64,000 bases of DNA from Eledone cirrhosa. Lineage: Eukaryota. Under the pieces are notes generated by a model. The model worked only from the letters and a program-made list of their open reading frames with translations, searched no databases and was not told the origin of the DNA. Below are positions 56,380 to 64,000 of the stretch, one piece after another (position 1 is the stretch's first letter; each line of letters starts with the position of its first letter). Position numbers and translations under genes: made by a program. The stretch is from NCBI GenBank assembly GCA_964016885.1, contig OZ024765.1:15562001-15626000 (forward strand). Direction: 5' to 3'.

Positions 56380-57940
56380 TTCTTTGTTGTGTTGTGTGTG
56401 TGGCATGTGTGTGTGGGGGCATATTTGTGTATGTGGAGGGGGTTGTGGGCGTGTGTGTGTATATGTGGGTGGGAGTGGGGGGACGTGTGTGTGTGCATGT
56501 GTTCGGTTGTGTAAGTGAGTGAATGAGTGGGTGTGGGTTTATGTGGGTGTGTGTGTAAGTGGGTGTGTGTGTGTGAATGTGTATGTGTGAGTGAGTGTGT
56601 GTGTGGGGGTATATGAGTATATATGTGTGGGTGTGAATGAGTGTGTATGAGTGAATACGTGTATATGTGTCAGTGTATGCGTATGAGTGAGTGTTTGTGT
56701 GAGTGTACCTATCTCTTTCTTTGTGTGTATGTATGTGTGTATGTGAGTGTGTCTGTGTATGTCTGAACGTGTAAGAGTGTTGGTGTGTGTGTGTCTATCT
56801 ATCTCTCTGTATCTATCTACGTGAGTGTGTATGTGTCTGTCTGAGTGTGTGTATGTGAGCGTGTCTTGGTGTGTATATCTCAGTGGGTGTTAGTGTGTGT
56901 GTGTGTGTCTATGTATCTATTTCCCTCTGAATGTATGTGCGTGTGTGAGTGTATATGTGTCTATGTGTATATCTGAGTGTGTGTGTGTGTGTGTGTGTAT
57001 GCCTGAGTGTGTGTGTGTGTGTATGCCTGAGTGTATTTGTGAATGTGTGTGTGTGAGTCTGTTTATCTCTTTCTGTATGTATGTATGTATGTGCCAATGT
57101 GTCTGTGTGTGTATATGCCTGAGTGTGTGTATGTCACTGTGTGTACCTCTTTCCCTCTGTATGTGTGTGTGTGTGTGTGTGTGCCTAAGTGTGTGTGTGT
57201 GTGTGTGTGTGTATGTGAGTGTATATATGAGTCTGTTTATCACTTTGCCTCTGTATGTTTGTGTCTATCTCTGTGTCTGTGAGTGTGTGTGTACTTGTGT
57301 GTGTGTGTGTGTATGTATGCCTGAGTGTGTGCGTTTGCGTGTATGTGCGTGTGTGTGTATGTGAGTATATGTGTGAATCTGCATCACTTTCCCTCTATGT
57401 TTGTGTGTATCTCTGTGTCTGTGAGTGTGTATGTACGTGACTTGTGTTTGTGTGTGTGTGGGGGTGTATGTGTGTATGTGAGTATATGTGTGAATCTGTG
57501 TATCACTTTCCCTCTATGTTTGTGTGTATCTCTGTGTCTGTATATCTGACTGTGTGAGTGTGTGTGTACTTGTGTGTATGTGTGTGTGTATGCCTGAGTG
57601 TGTGTGTGGGTGTGGGTGTGTGTGTGAGTATATGTGTGAATCTGTGTATCATTTTCCCTCTGTATGTTTGTGTGTATCTCTGTGTCTGTATATCTGACTG
57701 TGTGAGTGTGTGTGTACTTGTGTGTATGTGTGTGTGTATGCCTGAGTGTGTGTGTGGGTGTGGGTGTGTGTGTGAGTATATGTGTGAATCTGTGTATCAT
57801 TTTCCCTCTGTATGTTTGTGTGTATCTCTGTGTCTGTGTATATCTGACTGTGTGAGTGTGTGTGTGTGTGTGTGTGCGTGTATGTGAGTATATGTGTGAA
57901 TCTGTGTATAACCTTCCCCCTGTATGTCTCTGTATGTATG
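56380..57940. repeat. (TG)-rich low-complexity region with tandem higher-order units
   Basis: Repeated GAGTATATGTGTGAATCTG..TTTCCCTCT blocks. Confidence 0.85.
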
Positions 57941-58285
57941 TCTTAAAGAGAATATGGCGGCAGGTGACTCCCCACATGCTGTTATTTATGATATATGAAA
58001 TGATATGTGGATTATTATTGAACAATTACAACCTGCTTCTACATAGCTTCCATCATTGTTAAAAACCTCCAAAAATGTCTAAAAACTCTATTGGTTATCT
58101 GAAATAAATCGTGATGAAGAAATATTTCATCATAACGAACCCCAGTTAATAACATATGGTGGAGTTATATAAGGAATAAGTGAAGAAAAAAACAAAACAA
58201 TATGAACAGCAACGAACGCTGAGCCGAGCGGACATTGAACTAACGACATATTTTAGATGAGCAATGTTCGTGACATAACAACTAC

Positions 58286-58675
<390 letters not shown>

Positions 58676-58706
58676 GTGGATGGATACTTCAACAGGTACA
58701 ATGTAC

Positions 58707-58737
<31 letters not shown>

Positions 58738-59176
58738 TTACCACCATGTTGTTTGTTTACTTTCCTCTGTCCCGATAACTTAATTTAGTTATTGCTCGCA
58801 CTGCTTTTAGGTATCTAGTCTTTAGTGCGAAGAAATACCAATGAAATACCAGACTACTGATGATGGACATTCCTGTTTCTCGGTCTATTTCCATTCATAT
58901 GTTCATATTCGCAACAACGCAGCACGCCATTTTTCATTCATATATATATATATATCTATATCTATATATATATATATACTCGCTACCCAAGGAGACCTCT
59001 TGTTGGGTCAAACAACGCCGTACGCTAAAACTATCCACAATACGGAGTATTCACAACCTCTAACTGGATTACCTATAACGATAACTTGTTATCACTGAGG
59101 GCTCGATAAGGATAAATATATATCAAACATAGGAACCCTAGAGCAAATATTTATATTTTAATATATATATTATCAA

Positions 59177-59265
<89 letters not shown>

Positions 59266-59276
59266 TATATATATAT

Positions 59277-59838
59277 TGTTATACTTTGGGAGGGTCATGT
59301 TGCCAATAAGAAACACACGCACCAGTTGCTTTCACTTCAATTTATTATAATAAATTTATAAATTTAGGAATTTATAAATTTCCGGTTGGTTGGTTGGTTC
59401 CACAATCAGATGATTGTTCATATATTGTCAAAGTTATTTCGTCACACATTCTGTCACCTCTTCAGTGACTGGGGATTCGTTTCTTTGTTTTTGTGCCTCT
59501 CCTTTGTTCTGTCCTAAGCCATCTTGTTTTTGTGTGTGTTGTGTGCTTAGTTTGCGCATGTGTTACATCCGTGTGTCTGTGTGTGTTTATATTTGTTTAT
59601 TTATTTGTTTATTTACATGTTACTGGTTTGTTGTTTGTTCTATGTGCGTGTGTGTTTTCATTTTGTCCTTAATTGTAAGTTGTGATGTTGCTGTTCCATT
59701 CACGTTTTCTATTTAATTTTGGTTGGAGTTCATTTATGTTTATTGCCTCTGTGATTTGTCTAAAGATTCCGTCTTTTCTGTGTGTAGATTCTATTTTTAT
59801 TTCTATGTTCTCTAATTTACCCTTATGTTCTATTTTAA
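59277..59838 (-). mobile_element. 5'-truncated Penelope-like element: GIY-YIG endonuclease C-terminus plus 3' terminus with hammerhead
   Basis: EHKGKLENIEIKIESTHRKDGIFRQITEAININELQPKLNRKREWN matches the R.I.EA..I....P.LN...EW end of PLE GIY-YIG domains. A degraded HHR lies at 59427-59469 and the 3' end abuts (TA)n. Confidence 0.8.
59427..59469 (-). ncRNA. Degraded type I hammerhead in the PLE 3' terminus
   Basis: GTCA-CTGAAGA-GGTGACA..TGTGAC-GAAA-TAACTT-TGAC has intact stem I and core, with mismatches in stems II and III. Confidence 0.55.
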
Positions 59839-60520
59839 CTACATTATCTAATGTGTCCTGTCTTATATACAGACACAATGTATCTAGGACTACATTATCT
59901 AATGTGTCCTACCTTATATACAGACACAGTGAATCTAGGACTACATTATCTAATGTTTCCTGTCTTATATACAGACACAGTGTACCTAGGACTACATTAT
60001 CTAATGTATCCTGTCTTATATACAGACACAATGTATCTAGGACTACATTATCTAATGTGTCCTGTCCTATATACTGACACAGTGTATCTAGGACTACATT
60101 ATCTAATGTGTCCTGTCTTATATACTGACACAGTGTATCTAGGACTACATTATCTAATGTGTACTCTCTTATATTCAGACACAGTGTACCTAGGATTACA
60201 TGATCTAATGTGTCCTATCTTATATGCAGACACAGTGTACCTAGGACTACATTATCTAATGTGTCCTGTTTTATATCAGACAGTGTATCTAGGACTATGT
60301 ATCTAGACAGTGTATCTAAGACTACATTATTTAATGTGTCTGTCTTATATACAGACACAGTGTATCTAGGAGTACATTATCTAATGTGCCCTGTCTTATA
60401 TTTAGACACAGTGTATCTAGGACTACATTATCTAATGTGTCCTGTCTTATATATAGACACAGTGTATCTAGGTGTACACTATCTAATGTGTCCTGTCTTA
60501 TATTTAGACACAGTGTATCT
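59838..60520. repeat. 51 bp minisatellite, about 13 units
   Basis: ACTACATTATCTAATGTGTCCTGTCTTATATACAGACACAGTGTATCTAGG, which also gives a 17 aa period in the ORF track. Confidence 0.93.
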
Positions 60521-60715
60521 TCTGATTCGGCCGAGTTTACGCTCCCAAAGATTAAGCACGCATTCTCCAATTGTCTCGGTCTAGCAAGACATTTCTCAGT
60601 TCGCCGATGTTATCAATGTTGGCATATCTCAGCAGGGTATCAATGAATGAGAAGGCATGTCTTCCCACGCTACTTCGTCTGACCGCGGGTTTCCAGAAGA
60701 GAGCTACATTATGGG
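60520..60715 (-). mobile_element. RTE/RTEX-like LINE 3' fragment; related tails near 61150, 61285 and 61830
   Basis: ALFWKP...VGRHAFSFIDTLLRYANIDNIGELRNVLLDRDNWR, then the terminal GTAAACTCGGCC. Confidence 0.6.
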
Positions 60716-60799
60716 AAGTTACCTCGTAGAGCATTAACAGTTGTTGAGTTTCTACAAAGATTCACTGATGAGTAAATTTACCAGAAACTATGGTAGGCT

Positions 60800-61120
60800 A
60801 GAGTGACATGCAAAAATTGACTTGATGTAGCAGTTACCGAATATTATAGCCAAGAACGAAAACATTGACTTGGTATAAAAATATTGCCTGCCGAGACATT
60901 ATGTACAAACTTTACGCAAGCTGTCTCAATTAATTCCTCCAAGACCATTGCGTGTCCAACGTTATAGTGATTGATGAGATGCAGGCAGGTGGGAAAAAGA
61001 GAGTGTGGGGATTTGCTGAACAACTTGTGGATAAGTAAAGATGTGCTTTGTGGTACTTTGATGTCTGAAGTAAGAAAACATCGCAGAAAACTTGTTACGA
61101 TGTGGCGTGATTACAGAAAA
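60800..61120 (+). mobile_element. R4/Dong-clade reverse transcriptase fragment, decayed
   Basis: IACRDIMYKLYASCLN*FLQDHCVSNVIVIDEMQAGGKKRVWGFAEQL...EVRKHRRKLVTMWRDYRK corresponds to RPIAC.N..YK...EQ.G....G..EQL...W.DY.KA. Confidence 0.75.
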
Positions 61121-61873
61121 AAAACAACAACCAAACAAACAATCTAATATAATCTAATCTGGCCGAGTTTACACTCACACATATGCTGAAACAGAGCCAG
61201 CCCTAGGAGCATTGGATTTGGTGCACTTCATATTTGTTTATACTCCATTATACACCATTATATATACAGCATTATATATCTTTCTAATCTAATCTGGCCA
61301 AGTTTACACTCTCAAATAAGAAGAAGCAAGTTTAGCCCTAGGAGCGTTGGATTTGGTGTACTTCATAACTGTTTCGGTTGCTGAATACAATCAGGGGTCG
61401 TTGCTTCTCCGGAAGGTCAATAGTTCTCTTCTAACTCGAGCGGGAGCACCTTTCCATTGTCAATTTTTATTGATCATCTGCAAAGCCTCATTGTTATATA
61501 CGTTATATACACTATTATATATACACCATTATATACTTGGCAGTATCGGTAGAGGGTCGGCCACCATGCTTTGACGCATAGTTATGGCCCTTGCCATTCT
61601 GAGTTCAAATCCAGCTGAGGTTAACTTTGCCTTTCATCCTTACGGGGTCGATAAAATAAAGTACCAGTAATGCACTGGGTAATTGCTGGCCTTGTGCCAA
61701 AAGTAGAAACAATTATTATATACACACCATTATATACACCAATAGACACACATCATTATATATACACTATTAAATATACACCATTATATACACACTATTA
61801 TGTATACACCATTATATATCTACCCTACTTTAATCTGGCCATGTTACACTCACAAATAAGAAGAACCAGGGCC

Positions 61874-62560
61874 GCCCATATTATCGGAGCTGCGATTCCT
61901 CAATTCGGATAAATAGCAGCTCTACCTGGAGGGACTCTCTGATCTCCGAGCTGCAAATATGTCCAGCCATTCTTCCCCGAGACATTCTAATCACATGCCC
62001 ATAGTATCAGAGCTGTGATCTCTCAATTCAGAGAAGGGGCAGCTCTACCTGGAGTGACTCTCTGATCTCCGAGCTACAAATCTGTCCAGCTATTCTTTCC
62101 TGAGACATTCTAACCACATGCACATAGTATCGGAGCTGTGATTTCCAATACGGATAAATAGCAGCTCTACCCGGAGGGACTCTCTGATCTACGAGCTTCA
62201 AATCTGTCCAGCTATTCTTTCCTTAGACATTCTAACCACATGCCCATAGTATCGGAGCTATGATTTCTCAATTCAGAGAAGTAGTAGCTCTACCTGGAGT
62301 GAATCTCTGATCTCCGAGTTACGCACTTTATTGAGTAACATTACTGAAGGACCGTTCGGGGGAACCCTATTTCGGCTACTTGTATTCGCGATCGTATTCT
62401 TTCGGTCATTATCAAGTTTCATGACCATAGGTATGGTTTGGGGTGTAACCCAATTGAAGACAGCGAGTTTTGTTTTAACTCCTACCTCCTTTCTTCTGAT
62501 TACTGAATACTGAAGTTGGCGCTTTACTGCAAGGGATTTTGCGTAGTCGCTGTCATCAAA
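61874..62560 (-). mobile_element. RTE LINE fragment with four ~123 bp tandem units
   Basis: KTKLAVFN...KVRNSEIRDSLQVELLLL..EKS.LRYYGHVVRMS. Units start at 61874, 61997, 62120 and 62242. Confidence 0.8.
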
Positions 62561-62952
62561 TATGCTTACAAGGACAAATATGCTTACAAGCTCAACAATC
62601 CTCATATATATAAGAGAAAACGGAAGGTTTTCTCCGACGTAATACATATTTGAGAGGGAATATTCCAAGGAGACAGAATGTCTGTGCCTCTGTTTAGTTT
62701 TAGCAGTAAATTCTCTGTCAACTTCAGGTTTTATCATATAGGACCTTTAACAGCAGGAGATACCTATGTAACTCATGGCAACAACAACTGCAGCAACAAT
62801 GGCAGCAATAACGAAGGCAGAAATCGTTGATGCAGCCTCTCCATGAGTGCTCATTCGGAAAATCAGTGCAGCGAAAGTGTGCAAATCTGCCAGATATCAA
62901 ACGGAAAAGATTGTATATATATATATATATAGATGTATGTATATATACATGA

Positions 62953-63061
<109 letters not shown>

Positions 63062-63196
63062 TGATTTGCTAAGCTGTCTAAACGTATTGTTATTACTCTG
63101 GGGTACTCTTCCCATTCAAGTGGTAAAGCTACATACCGAATTTGCATTCGTTAGCTTGGCCGCAAACTAAAGGTTCGATAATGCTGTACTAAAATT

Positions 63197-63281
<85 letters not shown>

Positions 63282-63282
63282 G

Positions 63283-63452
63283 TAAATATGTTTTGAAACA
63301 GTGAGCAGGTTTGAAATTAGAAAATAGAATAGCTTTCAACGTATTTTTTTAGTAAAGGAATTTTAGTCTGATAATGGGGGATCAATACTCATTTTTTCCC
63401 ATTTATCTGAGGGTTCTTAACCCCATTATCAGACTAAAATTTCTTTAGTCAT
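63283..63452. mobile_element. Fold-back element in (TA)n, family B copy 2
   Basis: Same left flank as 5926-6105, arms TAAAG.AATTTTAGTCTGATAATGGGG, spacer inverted relative to copy 1. Confidence 0.8.
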
Positions 63453-64000
63453 ATATATATATATATATATATCAATCTAAACTATAATAAAGGGGGCAGC
63501 GCGGGACTGCATACGCTTTATAATTGTTTATCCCATTAGTAAAATAAGTTGGATTACTTTGAATAAATACTTGTTTCTACGTTTGCACAAGGCCAGCAAA
63601 TACCCAGTACATTACTGGTACTTTATTTTATAATGAATCAATATTACATAATTTATCTACTAAATTTCGTGGATGTTGATTAAATATGTTTTGCTTATTT
63701 AAAGATTCACTTATTTAATATTTCTGAAATGTCAACACTTCCGCTTGGAGATCGCCTAAAAATAATACTAATTTTCTGTTGCTACTTTTTTCTTAATGCA
63801 GTTTATATATATTATCGTCTTTTTTAATGTATCATGGATTACGTTACTGATTAAATAAGACAGTGTAACACAGTCTTCGTTCAATTTCTGTGTATATTGT
63901 CAATTACGATTTTATTTAATGTATCATATCTACATTGTATATATACTTGCCTATAATATCAACATACACACTAGAAACGTTAGCAGAAAACCACCCGAGG

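Noticed and set aside
58853-58890. CTGATGATGG..CC..GGTCTA resembling a minimal PLE hammerhead; also the lone CTGATGAAGG at about 14087
   Set aside because: The GAAA half of the core is absent in both.
59838-60520. Regular repeat array as a possible CRISPR
   Set aside because: The units are contiguous with no unique spacers, the context is eukaryotic and there are no cas genes.
60760-60800. CTGATGA-GTAAATTTAC-CA-GAAAC
   Set aside because: No stem I, the register is off by two, and it adjoins decayed Dong coding sequence.

Overview
This is eukaryotic, AT-rich, repeat-saturated DNA. I can support no host protein-coding gene, and almost every ORF in the track is a microsatellite or minisatellite artefact. 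The SINE families resemble those I know from octopod cephalopods, so the taxon is an inference. The window holds extensive (TA)n, (GA)n, (CA)n, (TTC)n and (GGT)n tracts, several minisatellites, two abundant tRNA-derived SINE families, a mariner-type MITE, and decayed fragments of RTE, CRE, CR1, L1/Tx1, R4/Dong and Penelope-like (PLE) retroelements. The main signal is a dense set of 100-450 bp elements lying in or against (TA)n tracts. They include 8 recognisable type I hammerhead ribozyme (HHR) motifs with palindromic stem III, about 4 degraded ones, one PLE GIY-YIG C-terminal fragment followed by an HHR, and many fold-back (inverted-repeat) insertions. In an 11-copy family the fold-back centre appears to be hammerhead stem II, and the CUGANGA half of the core is replaced by the antisense of the GAAAC/stem III half. 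All folding and alignment was done by eye, so boundaries are approximate to a few bases unless a motif is quoted.
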